The position numbers and the translations under genes are program-made. The notes under the pieces are model-generated. The model was not told the DNA's origin and did no database searches. It saw only the letters and a list, made by a program, of their open reading frames with translations. Positions 1-12,498 of a stretch of DNA of 64,000 nt are shown one piece after another. The DNA is from Octopus sinensis. Its lineage: Eukaryota. The stretch lies in assembly GCF_006345805.1 (NCBI RefSeq), contig NC_043013.1:37014001-37078000 (forward strand), written 5' to 3'. Every line of letters starts with the position of its first letter. Position 1 is the stretch's first letter.

Positions 1-119
1 GGATCGATAGCTTAAGTACAAGGGAAACACTGGAGTAAATGCAATCGACTAGCTCCCTCCCACGAAATTTCAGGTTTTGCGCCTTAAGTTTAAAGGATTA
101 TTATTATTGTTGTTGTGAG

Positions 120-303
120 GGCGGCAATTTGGTAGAATCGTTAGAACGCCGGGCAAAATGCATAAACTTAACCGCCTGTCGCTACGTTCTGAGTTGAAAT
201 TAGGACAAGGTCGATTTTGCATTAACCCTTTCGGGGTCAATCGATGTAATCGTCTAATCCCTTCCCTTAAAATTTCAGACATTGTCAATATAGGAGAAAG
301 GAA
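120..303 (+). mobile_element. tRNA-derived SINE, family A (degenerate copy)
   Basis: Head GGCGGCAATTTGGTAGAATCGTTAG and central GTCGATTTTGCATTAACCCTTTCGGGGTC match better copies at 1956-2188, 26992-27224 and 31065-31291. Confidence 0.75.
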
Positions 304-1064
304 TATCAATATAATTGTTACGGCGGTGAGCTAGCAGAATGTTCAGCTCTCTGGACAAAATGCTCAGCGGCAATTCTTGTATCTTTTTGCTCTGCATATT
401 CTTGAGTCTTTTTGCTTTGCATATTCGCGCAAAGTAGACTTCTAATCATCTTCATTATTGAATGACGATATAATACGTATCACATAATGGGGTCGATGAG
501 TATATATATATATATATATTATATAAAATCCGTATTGTCTATGTGTGTGTGTATGTGTCTTCTAGGATTTCGAGCTTCCTCCATCCGATTGCGCTCAAAT
601 TTGATATGTAGATACCGACGGTATCAGGGCGTGTATGTCTTGAAAAAATCGATTCCAGGTAAGAATGCGATCAACAAAGCCGTGGGAATGTGCATTTGTA
701 CGCGCAAGTGCATCAGCTGTTGCAATTGATACTACGTGTACGCGAGACAAAGTCTATCGTTATTTCTTCTTTTGCTGGTGTCTCAAATTTAGGTTAAATC
801 AGCGTTTCGCAGAGGGGAGGCCAATGGGACGGTCGGACATGTTCTTTTGGGAAAATTTGGTTTAAACGTTTGACAACTCAGCACTGTCCATTGTGCGTGG
901 GGCGTTTTGCTCGTAAATATATATATCAAAAAAATGAATACAAAATATATTAGAAACATCTAATTATTAAGATTGAAAAAGTATCAGAAAAGCCATTTCT
1001 ATTCGATTTTTCAAATATATGATTCTGTATAAAGGACTTTCTATTTCTTATTCTTATTCTTCTT

Positions 1065-1104
<40 letters not shown>

Positions 1105-1211
1105 ACACACATACACATGTACATATATGAATAAATAAATAGATAAATGCACACACACACACATATATTTGTTTGCGCGCGTGTGTGTATGAGTAAAAGA
1201 TTTTGATTGTA

Positions 1212-2704
1212 CCAGGTTGGTGCGAAGCTAATGGCCGACATTTTTAGAAAATATTTTTAGAAAGTATTTTATTAAAATGTGCATCTTGCAATGTTTTAAG
1301 AATGTCACAATGAGTAAATTATACATTTTTTTTTCAGATTCTGACTGTATTGGCCATAATCCTCTGCTATATTCGCATCCATGTTCTTCCCCAAAATAGA
1401 TCAAATTAAATATGTCTTTCTCTATGAATTTCATAAAGGCGTCAATGCAAGCACAGCAGCAAAGTCTCTTCGGAGAGATTATGGGGATGATGTAGTAAGT
1501 GAAAGAAGTTGCAGGAGATGGTTTACTCGTGTCAGAAGTGAGTTTGAGAGACGAGTCAAAAAAAGGTCGTTCAAAGTAACTTGCTTCCGAAGAGTTGGAC
1601 ACTTATCAAGAAAATATAACCACTATTTGTAGAGAACTCGCAGAATGTGTTTAAGGTAGCCGATACGATTATTCTACGCCAACTGAAAACTCGGAAAAAT
1701 TTCAGTGGCAGGAAAATGGGTCCTACACGAACTGTCTCCAGAGAATCTGCAACTGCACGTTGTCTGTGGTCAGACATTGCTTTCACGACACCTTAAGGAA
1801 CCATTTTTAGGATGATGAGAAGTGGATCATTTACCATAACGTCAAACGCTGCCGATCGTGGATCAGTCGAGGAGGAAGATCTATTCAACAACTAAGAGGA
1901 GGACGTCATCCAAAGAAAACCTTGTTGAGTCTATGGTTCGATATTGAAGGATATATATATTTCTTTACTACACACAAGGGGCTAAGTACAGAGGGGACAA
2001 GCAAGGATAGACAAACGGATTAAGTCGATTACATCGACCCCAGTGCGTAACTGGTACTTAACTTATCGATCCCGAAAGGAGGAAAAGCAAAGTCGACCTC
2101 GGCGGAATTTGAACTCAGAACTTAACGGCAGACGAATTACGGCTACGCATTTCGCCCGGCATGCTAATGTTTCTGCCAGCTCGCCGCCTTCGATATTCAA
2201 GGATATAGTCTATTACGAAATGTTAAACAACAATCACACAATCACTTCTAATCTCTACTGTGATCAACTTCATCTATCTGAAAAGAAAGTGACCCTGCTT
2301 AATCAACAGAGAGGGTGTCATCTTCCACCATGATAATGCTCGTTTCACACAGCCTGATTGACAAAAGATTTCTTGGAAGCGCTTGGTTGGGAAATATAGC
2401 TTCATCCCCCATATTCCTCAGACCCTGTTCTTTCTGATTAGCACTTGTTTCGGGGACTACAAAACCATTGGAACGGTCTTCGACAGACATCAAGGGAAGA
2501 GGCTGTAACTGAGTTGGATTAATATTTCGCATCAAACACTAAACAATTCTAAAATGGTGGGATTTATAAGCTTGATGACAGATGGAATGTTGTTCAAGAA
2601 GGCAAAGGGAAATTAATATTAATGGATTAATATTGTCTTAATCATGGGCGTTTTCATTTTTAATAGAGGCCTTAAAAGCAGTCATTACTTTTGCTCCAAC
2701 CTGA
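1212..2704 (+). mobile_element. Decayed mariner (Hsmar1/SETMAR-like) DNA transposon with TIRs and transposase pseudogene
   Basis: TIRs TA|CCAGGTTGGTGCGAAGCTAATG and CATTACTTTTGCTCCAACCTGA|TA. Translated fragments QIKYVFLYEFHKGVNASTAAK...ERSCRRWF, DEKWIIYHNVKR, HDNAR and PYSSDP..D.HLF, with frameshifts and stops. Confidence 0.9.
1956..2188 (-). mobile_element. Full-length SINE family A inserted in the mariner transposase
   Basis: Complete reverse-strand copy. 19-bp TSD TTCGATATT(G/C)AAGGATATA at 1937-1955 and 2189-2207, one mismatch. Confidence 0.9.
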
Positions 2705-2822
2705 TAGATTTATACAAATACATCTACATATATACGTTTATTTTCTGAATGCAGCGCAAAATTCTGTCCTTTGTGCAAGCTTCCATGTTGGTATGCGCAT
2801 ATAAATATAAATAAATATATCT

Positions 2823-2913
<91 letters not shown>

Positions 2914-3168
2914 TTACATATAGATGTACATATATACATACATCACACACACATATATATATGTGCGTGTATAAGTGTGTGTGTGCGTGTATGTATGTAT
3001 CTATATACGTTTCAATATACTTGTACATGTATGAAACACGAGAGGTTATGTCATCTTTGTTCAAAACGTCTTTGTTGGCAGCTGCGTCTCATCGAATGAA
3101 TTATTCATAAGAACTCAACCAAGGCAAAAAGATAATCTAAAAAGACCAACAAGTAGAAACTGTAGTAT

Positions 3169-3230
<62 letters not shown>

Positions 3231-3807
3231 ACAATAACAATAGTAGTATTTGCAGTCTGTTAAATCAAAAAAAAATATTTTGAGTTGAAATTAAAGTAGG
3301 TAAGGAAACTATAGAAAAAAATGCACGACGGCTGATGAGCGTAACTTACTGACTGCTTTTGGTGTCTTAGTGTCTATGAAAATGAAAAGCAAGTAACTAC
3401 CTTAAAGGCAGAAGATGTTTCTGTAGGTATGAAACTGTGAAGCACTTCACTCTACCCCACATCAACGACTGATGAAGGGAATGTTACACCTATGAAGCAT
3501 ATGAAAATTTAATTATCTGTTACTAACTTCGTCAGATTTCGGGTGGATTAAGCACTAATCTCCTATTTATTGACTACGTTTGCTAGTCTCAAAGGGATAT
3601 AATTTCATAAGTGAGTATATTTGTTGTTATTTTTGTTTGAAGTTATTTTGTGTTCATATACTTTGTATGTTTTTTTTTTATTTAACACATCGTAAAAGAA
3701 AAAAAAACAAGACATAGGGTGTGTGATGGTGGAAGGTGATAATGATATTATAGTTAAAAAGTTGAAGTATATCTCGAGTCCACAAGCCAGGTCGGCCGGA
3801 GCCTCAC

Positions 3808-3940
3808 CCTGTTTGTGTGAAGATTGGTCGGTTGAAATTACAAGACACCAGCCCGATGTAGTAGATCTGACGCGAGTCTGACGCGGGTCTGGTGCGGGTC
3901 GACGCAGGTTTAATACCCCGTTGTTGCTACTGGTGTCCAT
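3808..3940 (-). CDS. Candidate first coding exon of an unidentified gene (MDTSSNNGVLNLRRPAPDPRQTRVRSTTSGWCLVISTDQSSHKQ)
   Basis: ATG at 3940 opens a GC/CpG-rich non-repetitive frame ending at a donor-like AAACAGG|GTGAGG. No family recognised. Confidence 0.3.
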
Positions 3941-4401
3941 TTTCAGCTAGAAAGTCGGTAGATCTAAACACGAAATCACGCGACTTCATAATAAAACAAC
4001 TCTCTTTATCTAACCATCTGCGCAAAGAGACGAGCTTCTGAAAAGTAGGAAAAAAATTCGGATCTTGATTTTACAGGGTTTAATACGATTTAGATACTCG
4101 AGCAGACCCTTCTTTGTCTAAACAATAACGGAAAAAAGGTACCGAGCTTCATGGCGCATTCGGAAGGATAAGCAAACGTGTTAAAGTATAGGATGATGAA
4201 ATGCTACTCGCGCTCCAGAGGCAAGTAAAATGTTTTGTCATACATAACGCTGTTTCAAAATACGCATGTTTCAGCTTCATCTTTCGCCTTTCGGGGGTCG
4301 ATGAATAAGCACTACAATTTAAAGCTTGCTTTTTCTCTCTCCCTAACTCACTTAAATTCCCTCTCACTCTTTCTCTCTCTCTCTCTCACTCTCTCTTTCT
4401 A

Positions 4402-4454
<53 letters not shown>

Positions 4455-4895
4455 AAGATAAATGCGATACAATAAAATTAATTATAATCGCCGGTGTACC
4501 AGTACACGCCATATTTATACATATATCATTACATTCAAGGCGAAGAGTGCACTAGATACACAATAGCTGGATAAATTTAGTGAGATGAAAATTAAAAACT
4601 TTTACAAACTTAACTTTTCTTATACTGCAGTTTCGCCAAATTCAGTAATAAAAATAGTATTTATTTACTCAGGCTGGCTCTTCAGTAAGATTCCTGTTAA
4701 TGATGGGAGGACCATATCAATAGACCCATGTGCGTCTATCGAAATGCTCTTTCTAAACTATTCAAAACACTGCGCAGACTCAGAACAAACCCGACAAAAT
4801 AGGGGGTTGTGGTATATCGTCTAACGGTCAGAAATTTATCGAGAGAATATGTAAGCAAAGATAAATGCGATACAATAAAATTAATTATAATCGCC
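4455..4895 (-). mobile_element. Retrozyme-like element: 403-bp unit plus 38-bp terminal direct repeat, carrying a hammerhead ribozyme
   Basis: AAGATAAATGCGATACAATAAAATTAATTATAATCGCC at 4455-4492 and 4858-4895. Flanking ATATACC at 4448-4454 and 4896-4902 (candidate TSD). HHR inside. Confidence 0.7.
4618..4690 (-). ncRNA. Type I hammerhead ribozyme with long stem II
   Basis: Minus strand reads UCUUA-CUGAAGA-GCCA..(36 nt)..UGGC-GAAA-C-UGCA-GUA-UAAGA. Stems I, II and III all pair; predicted cleavage between 4623 and 4622. Confidence 0.8.
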
Positions 4896-4918
4896 ATATA
4901 CCTATATATATATATATA

Positions 4919-5253
4919 GGCGCAGGAGTGGCTGTGTGGTAAGTAGCTTGCTAACCAGCCACATGGTTCCGGGTTCAGTCCCACTGCGTGGCATCTTGGG
5001 CAAGTGTCTTCTACTATAGCCCCGGGCCGACCAATGCCTTGTGAGTGGATTTGGTAGACGGAAACTGAAAGAAGCCTGTCGTGTGTGTGTGGTTGTATGT
5101 CTGTGTTGGTCCCCCTAGCATTGATTGACAACCGATGCTGGTGTGTTTACGTCCCCGTAAAGAGACTGATAGAATAAGTACTGGGCTTATTATAAGAATA
5201 AGACCCGGGGTCGATTTGCTCGACTAAAATCAAATGACTGAAAAGAGTAAAAG
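4919..5253 (+). mobile_element. SINE family B (tRNA head, CORE-like segment, CR1-like tail), tail partly deleted
   Basis: GGCGCAGGAGTGGCTGTGTGGTAAG head and GGCATCTTGGGCAAGTGTCTT CORE-like motif. Matches 41649-42056 and 42506-42917. Confidence 0.85.
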
Positions 5254-5282
5254 ATATATATATATATATATAACGTGTACAG

Positions 5283-5376
<94 letters not shown>

Positions 5377-5385
5377 TATATATAT

Positions 5386-5423
<38 letters not shown>

Positions 5424-5925
5424 TAATTAAGGTGGCTAGACGCAATTTAAAACCAAAAAGAAACTAACTGACCGTCACTACAAAGTCACCATCGGTGCAG
5501 GGACCACCGCCATTCATAGAAATAAGAGTCATACATTCTTTAGCGACAAAAAAGTACACGTTCTATTTAACTGACAAGGGAAACATACATTCGTACATAT
5601 AAATATATATATATCGGGAAATGTTTTGTTAAAAATGCATCTAAATGTCAAAACCTCGTAAATGTTTAAAATACATTTATTTACATATATACCAAACTAG
5701 TTTTGGCAATGTTTTTTGTTTATCAATGGTAAAAGTTCCAATTATGAATTACAAAAACATGTTTAAAAAATTTCAATATTGACAAATCAAAATGTTTCAA
5801 TGTTGAAAAATTAAACATGTTCAAAACAGATAAATTTACCATTAGGAATCAGGAGGACAGGTGTCAGTTTGAATGTAAATAATATTAAGACTGTATATCA
5901 ATTTGTTTGAATATATATATATATA

Positions 5926-6222
5926 TCACGTGACCATCACGTGACCGACCAGTCCATCAGATGTAGTTACACATCGCTGGTCACAATGCGTTCACATTGA
6001 TTTAGCCTTCGAATGACGCCACCCCGCTGGCTAAGCGAGCAGGCCAACAGAAGAAAGAGTGGTGAAAGAGTACAGCAGGGATCACCACCCCCTGCCGGAG
6101 CCTCGTGGAGCTTTTAGGTGTTTTCGCTCAATAAACACTCACAACGCCCGGTCTGGGAATCGAAACCGCGATCCTACTACCGCGAGTCCGCTGCCCTAAC
6201 CACTAGGCCATTGCGCCTCCAC
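5926..6222 (-). mobile_element. tRNA-derived SINE, family C
   Basis: Minus-strand head GTGGAGGCGCAATGGCCTAGTGGTTAGGGCAGCGG...GGTTTCGATTCCC with A- and B-box-like motifs. A related head occurs at 52858-53038. Confidence 0.8.
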
Positions 6223-6238
6223 ACACACACACACACAT

Positions 6239-6326
<88 letters not shown>

Positions 6327-6559
6327 ATCTATGTTTGTATGTATGTATGTATGCATGCCCGTATGCATATATGGGTAGTGGGCTCCACGAACAGTAAACA
6401 ACATGAAATGTGCAAACAAATGAATTCAATACGCAAGCAACTATAGAAACAAATGGAAAACAGGACAATGAACAGTATGAACGACCCGCCATCAGTTGTC
6501 GGCAGTCTGTCTACTGCTGATTCCGAGCATTGGACGACTTGACCACAAGTTATGTTTGT

Positions 6560-6715
6560 TCTCATTCTGTATATTTCCTCGTCTACCTTTCTGTTTAGGA
6601 GCATAGGTTCGAAACGTAAAAGACTTTCTCACCATTCCCGAGCGTCAAATTAACATACCTTCTTGTTGTTTATGCACCAGTATTCGTCTTTTCATTTTCT
6701 GTAAATTTCAACTAT
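6560..6715 (+). mobile_element. Short dispersed repeat 'family P' with degenerate minimal HHR-like motif
   Basis: CTTT-CTGTTTAGGAGCATAGGTTC-GAAACGT-AAAAGAC at 6587-6624 aligns with 26310-26345, 32003-32037 and 48332-48364. Confidence 0.5.
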
Positions 6716-6877
6716 ATATATATATATATACACAAAAATATATGCATATATATATATATCCACACCCACACACACACACATATATATATATATATTTGTG
6801 TGAGTGTGTGTATATATATTTATATATTTGTGTGTATTATCTATCTAATGATATTTGTCTACACATACACATACATA

Positions 6878-7150
6878 TACGTTGTCTGATCAAAAATTAT
6901 CCGGACTGTTGTCATAGTAACGAACCTAAACCACTCAGTGCAAAGCCGCTTGGCTCAGATTGACTTCGAAATCTGCTTTTCGTGCTCACTAACTTTTAGC
7001 TTCTAACTCACTTCCGCTTAGAAGAAAGGTGTATAGCGTGTGATCATCGCATTGACAATGAGAGAGAAACCTGAGCAGAAAGTCTGCATCAAATTTTGCA
7101 AAAACCTTGGCGATACTTGCTAAGAGGCTTATACAAAGTTTTCAAAAAGT
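6878..7150 (+). mobile_element. Mariner 5' fragment (TIR plus transposase N-terminus)
   Basis: TA-CGTTGTCTGATCAAAAATTATCCGGACT TIR-like start; MREKPEQKVCIKFCKNLGDT resembles the mariner N-terminal helix-turn-helix. Confidence 0.7.
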
Positions 7151-7189
7151 TTTCATCGATCTCGAAATAATCAAGATTTTGTGCAACTG

Positions 7190-7690
7190 AAACTTCAGTG
7201 ACTTCTTGGACAGCTGAAAGCAGGTTTGGCAGACACGCGTCTCGTACCAATATCTTCTATGATAATGGACTGATCTGAACCAGATTTTTCCAGATGTATA
7301 TCATTGCTTATCTTTTCCACCTTCTTTCTATGAAACAGACTCCCATTTGCGGACATACCGCATTGAGACAATCTACTATATGTAGCTTCACTGGATTGCT
7401 TCGAGTTCCGTTCTTAATTTCACACGGTATGGTGATATTTGGAAGCAGGAGTCTAAATGGCTACGGACAAATATCTTAGAGGTGACCTTCAAAATTTCCT
7501 GTTCTTTTGTTCTGAATGTGCTACGAATCCAGCCGTCTACATTTTAATGCCAACTTAATAATATTCTTCGAGAAAGATGCATCATTACTAATGTCAATGC
7601 CCAGCTCACGCACTGATTTTAATTCAGGGATTGCAATCGCTTCTGTGCCAGTGTTTCCTGTCTGCACTTCATTCAACTTCGTGATGCAGT
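7190..7690 (-). mobile_element. CR1-clade LINE ORF2 C-terminal fragment
   Basis: Minus-strand translation includes VRELGIDISNDASFSKNI, FVRSHLDSC and ELEAIQ, typical post-RT CR1 motifs. Related to 43968-44375. Confidence 0.75.
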
Positions 7691-7910
7691 ACGACCGTTT
7701 CGAATATATATATATATATATTGTTTTATTTCAGGACTATCATTTTTTCTTTTTTGGCAAATACACACATGCAATATCTATTTTCTCCTCATCCGTTTAT
7801 TACCTTCACATCAGGAATCTTGCAAAACGAATTGATAAACGTGTACAGACATATACACACACTCACATGTATATACGTATACACACACACATACACACAC
7901 AGACAGGCAT

Positions 7911-8553
7911 TACAACGTGAAGTGTTGCCAAATTTTTCTACTGAGGCGGAAGTAAAAAATTAGCCGCACTTTCACCATAATATATTGTCACATTGTCACA
8001 TTGTGTTCTGCGCATGTGTGCTTACAGCTGGTACTGTTATGATCACGTGATCGAAGTTTGAGCGTGTTTGCTTCATTTTTCTCTGTGGCTTTACAGTGTA
8101 AGCATGGCTGCTCCAATATCTATGTGCACCAAAGAAGAACAAAGAGCAGTGATCCGATTTCTCTGGCTGGAATGTGTGTCAGTTGCTGAGATTCATCGGA
8201 GACTTCTAGCACAATACGTGGAAAGTGCACAACCGCGTAGAAATGTGCATGAGTTGATCGAAATAGTTTAAAAGTGGCTGGACAGGTATGACGCACGGAG
8301 AGGGAGCAGGACGCCCGTCAATCTCAGGAAGGTCGAGAGACGGTAATGGTGAAACGGTTCACCATTACCCTATGTTCTTTGGTGCACATTGCTTACGTTG
8401 TAAAGCCAGGAGGAAAAATGGTATGATCAGGCTCAAATTGTGATCACATGACCCCAATAGTACCAACTATATACACGCATGCGCAGAAGGCAGTGTGACA
8501 ATAATAAAGATATATTATGGCGAAAGTCCGGATTCCTTTTGGCATCCCACGTA
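7911..8553 (+). mobile_element. Non-autonomous fold-back mariner derivative with ~180-bp inverted arms
   Basis: 7965-8140 is inverted at 8374-8553. Interior encodes KEEQRAVIRFLWLECVSVAEIHRRLLAQY..GRPS (mariner N-terminus). Confidence 0.75.
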
Positions 8554-9527
8554 TATATATATATAAAACACATGTACACGCATATTTTCATAAACATCTG
8601 CATATGCCAAATCAGAACCAAATGTATATTAATGTATGTCACATATAACGGAAAAATAAAACGTATCCGCCCTCTGAAAAGGGTGGCGACCCCATACACT
8701 AAAATCATGCCTCCACCCCCACTCGCTCTTTGATTCTAACGATCTCTGAACAAATGTACTTTTCATGGGCGTACGCAAATACGAAGTGAAAAATCCTCCA
8801 CCCTCACTTGCGAGTTAATGATTGTCTGGCTAACACATTAACTGTAATGAGCTATAATAGGCTGCATTTCTAATCTCCTGAAAGCGGATCTATTTCAACA
8901 AGTAGTAATGTCATTCTTGAAGAAAGATAAACTTTGATCAATCTTATAAAATCATGAAACTTGAGTACCCCTGAATAAACTGTACCCAGTTTAAAATTGT
9001 ACATAGCTGTCATCAAATTTGTATTTCATTCTTTGTAATATGTTTGTTTAATGAATGCATCTTACTGGGACGGTTGATCGTGAGTACATATACTTATCAC
9101 TATGTTGTCACATAAAGCCAGATAAAGATTACGTTATACATTTTCGAGTTCCTTTTACAAAATCTCCCGCTGTTTTCATAAGTATGTGATTTGTAAAAGT
9201 TTAGTAAATACACTTAGGGCTGCATTTGATATAAGCGGGCAGAGAGCTTATTATTTTGATTAAAATAATAATGAGGATTTCTAAATCAGACACAGGATCT
9301 TAACAGGATATCTAAATCTGGCACAGGATCCCATTTTCTCAAAACCCCAAAACTTGAAGACAAGTTAGACAGCGGAAGAATTTGATCAAAGCGCTATGAA
9401 GGATTTTGCACACTATTTTATGGTTCCTAACATAGCCAACTGATCATATATATAACTAAACATAATTGCCTCTGTATGTGTGTGCAAATATTTATGCATA
9501 TATACAAAGGTACATATGTATATATAA

Positions 9528-9562
<35 letters not shown>

Positions 9563-9687
9563 CGTGTGTATGTGTGTATGTGTGTGTATATGTGCATGTC
9601 CTGAAATTAAGCAACACTGAACCTAGTTAGAACTTCGATGTGTGAGCACTTTAGAAGCATAGGTGCTGTAAGCACCTCTCACTTTAA

Positions 9688-10008
9688 GTGAAGGCGCATG
9701 GCCCAGCGTTTTGAGTGTCGGGCTCACAAATATGAGGTAGTGAGTTTGATTCCTGATCCGGACTGTGGGTTGTGTTCTTGAGCAAGACACTTCATATCCC
9801 TTTGTTCCAGTTTAGTCAGCTGTAGAATTGAGTGCCAACCTGTACCGACTTTGCCTTTGCCTTCAATAACATCAGTGGCAAAGAAAGGAGAAGCTGGTAT
9901 GCATGGGCGAGTGATGGTTTTGCATAAACCACCTTTCCCGGATTCTTGTCTTGGACGGGAAGTTTCCAGGTGCAATCCCATGGACATTCATGAGCAAAGG
10001 GGTGCTTT
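9688..10008 (+). mobile_element. tRNA-derived CORE-like SINE (distinct, old)
   Basis: GTGAAGGCGCATGGCCCAG head, GAGTTTGATTCC B-box-like motif, TGTGTTCTTGAGCAAGACACTT CORE-like motif. Confidence 0.65.
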
Positions 10009-11922
10009 ACATACATACATACTACATATACGAGGAGTGTATGAAAAATATACTCCATTGAATCTCCTTGTATTCTCTATTTAGACCTAATATCTCCCAC
10101 AACGAAAAGCTAGCACTAAAATCGTCGTTTTAATTATTCTTACAACTGTTACTCCTTTGGAATTTTGTCCTTGTTCCCAAAGAAATCTGAGCATGAACTG
10201 TTGCCACACTGAGCCTTCCACATCCATGCCAACTCAAAGAATAAATTTGAAACCCAAGGCCTTGGTTTACTAGAATCTTAGTAAAATGTGCTTAATAAAA
10301 CCTTACTAAAATCTTAGTAAAATGTACTTCCAAGTATACCGTATTTAATGAGTGTATACATGGCAATCTTTGGCGCATAACTGTTCAGGTCAGCCTGATA
10401 TCGGTAACGACAACGTTACTATTCCAAAATCTCAAGGAAAGCTAAAGTCAATGCTTTCCATCTCCGGAAAAAAACGAAAATTGTTCTTGTTTGAACAGAT
10501 GTCTAATCAAAAGAGCTATTTTCATGATCAAGCTGATGTAAGGTAATAAAGATTTACATTCCTATAAAAAAACCCGGATGAATTAGTTGCTATTTTTTGT
10601 AGATTGATCTGCCATGTAGAGGCTCACACATTCGCTCGATAGACGAGGTTGAAGAGTTCGACTGTGAGGCAATACAACTCGATACATCTAAGGGATAGCT
10701 TTTCATATCAGTTTTGATCGGAATAACCGAGGTACATTACGAGACATATTTTATCGACAAGTAAATCATTATTAGTAAGTTGTTACTGAACATCATATAT
10801 ATATACATAAAACAAAAAAATCAATGCATTAAACCGTGTGGAAATTTGGAGGAAAAAAAAATAAAACGCTTCTTCATTTTCCACAAGGCTTAGCACATTC
10901 ATGTTTTATTTAAAATAAAATTTACTTTCTTCTGGATTCCTTGAATTTTGGAGTTTTTATCTATATACACGACTAACTAATAATCCAAACTCAACTACCT
11001 ATTCTTCTGTAGCAATTAAAGTACACAAGAACAAGTAAATATTCCAGTTCCAAGCAGTATTTAATTCTTTAGTGAAGAACCAATCGATAAAAAAAAAAAA
11101 TGTTTGTTAGGCAAGACTAGTGTATGCTATTTAAGATAACTTTGAAATCGCGATGACAGCTTATCGCTATCAAAATCACGTGACTGCTATTTCAGCTTCT
11201 TCAGCGTCACATTAACTATTGAACTCTGCATAGACGTTTGGGCACATATATGAATCATATTGACAGTTCGTATTTTAGCAGAGTTAGCTGACGTCTTTTA
11301 TGATTTGAACAGAGTCAACTTAACCAAATTTTTCATGTATGAAGTAAAAACTAATGGACATTAAATATATATATCACAAATCACAGCAAGAGTTTGAGGT
11401 TAACAAAGACTTCAGTCGCATGTAAATCATTTTGATGGATTTTTTCATATAATAAATCATCATGAAGACCACCGATACTTTTTATTATTATTTTTACTCA
11501 CTGCTCCAAAATGAAAAGGTGTGTTTATAGTTGGTGTATGTCTTTTAGTTATGTGATCGTAATTTCACTGCCTATTCTTAGAATTATTCAATTTCCCAAT
11601 GGATTTAATATTTTTGAATAAATGAACCAACAAACAAATAAGTAAATAACAATGTATAATGCGTCGAGTGGTCGGAGAATTTCTATTTATTTATTTCAGG
11701 TTTCCCAAAATTAAATTAGGTCATTGTAATTATTCTTCAAATTGTTATTTGTTTGTGGACAACACACTACATCGAAGACAATTTTTCCCCGCTTAACCCT
11801 TTGAAATTAAACAACTTTTATTTAACGTGGCAATCTTTTACTGCATCCACTAAATGCGTTCACAAATAACGTAATTCCGAGTAAAAGCTGAACTTAAGGA
11901 CATCAAATTAATGAACTACATA

Positions 11923-12050
11923 TACTCTTTTACTCTGTTACTGTTTCAGGCATTTGACTGTTGCCATGCTGGAGCACCACCCTTTATCGAGCAAATCGAC
12001 GCCAGGACTTATTCTTAGTAAGCCTGGGGAACAAACACAGACACACAAAT
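11923..12050 (-). mobile_element. SINE family B 3' fragment
   Basis: Matches the B tail TTTCAGTCATTTGACTGCGGCCATGCTGGAGCACC. Confidence 0.75.
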
Positions 12051-12329
12051 ATACACACACGCGCACATACGCACACACACACACACACACACACATACAC
12101 ACACACACACGCACACACACACACACATACACACACACACACACACACACATACACACACACACACGCCTATGTTTTAGTATTAAACATAGGCGTGTTTA
12201 ATAGCCTATATATATATTGGCTATTTTTTGCTTCTATACTGCCTTTAAGTCTAAAAATCTTAACCGGAGGAGAAAATGGTAATATTGCTTTCAAATTTTT
12301 TAAAAAGTCCAGTAGTTTTGCGGAATGGG

Positions 12330-12498
12330 CTAAATCGGTTACGTCCGCCCCAGTGCTCAAATGGTAATTATTTTATCGAACATGAAAAGATGAAACCAAA
12401 GTCGACCGCGGCAGAATTCGAAACTACAACATAAAGACAGACGAAATGCCACTAAGCATTTCGGCCGGCGTGTTAACGATTCTACCAGCTCACCACTC
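12330..12498 (-). mobile_element. SINE family A (degenerate)
   Basis: GTCGACCGCGGCAGAATTCGAA...CGATTCTACCAGCTCACC matches the A consensus in reverse. Confidence 0.7.

Noticed and set aside
3325-3545. CTGATGA at 3332 and 3469, and CTGACGA on the minus strand at 3527
   Set aside because: No correctly placed stem II, GAAA and NUH; at most very eroded relics
6120-6222. tRNA gene call for SINE heads (also 17160-17227 and 52960-53038)
   Set aside because: They continue into SINE bodies and lack a complete cloverleaf; tRNA-derived only
10490-10700. Possible exons MSNQKSYFHDQADV and IDLPCRGSHIRSIDEV
   Set aside because: Splice-like sites exist, but the joined frame stops early and no homology is recognised
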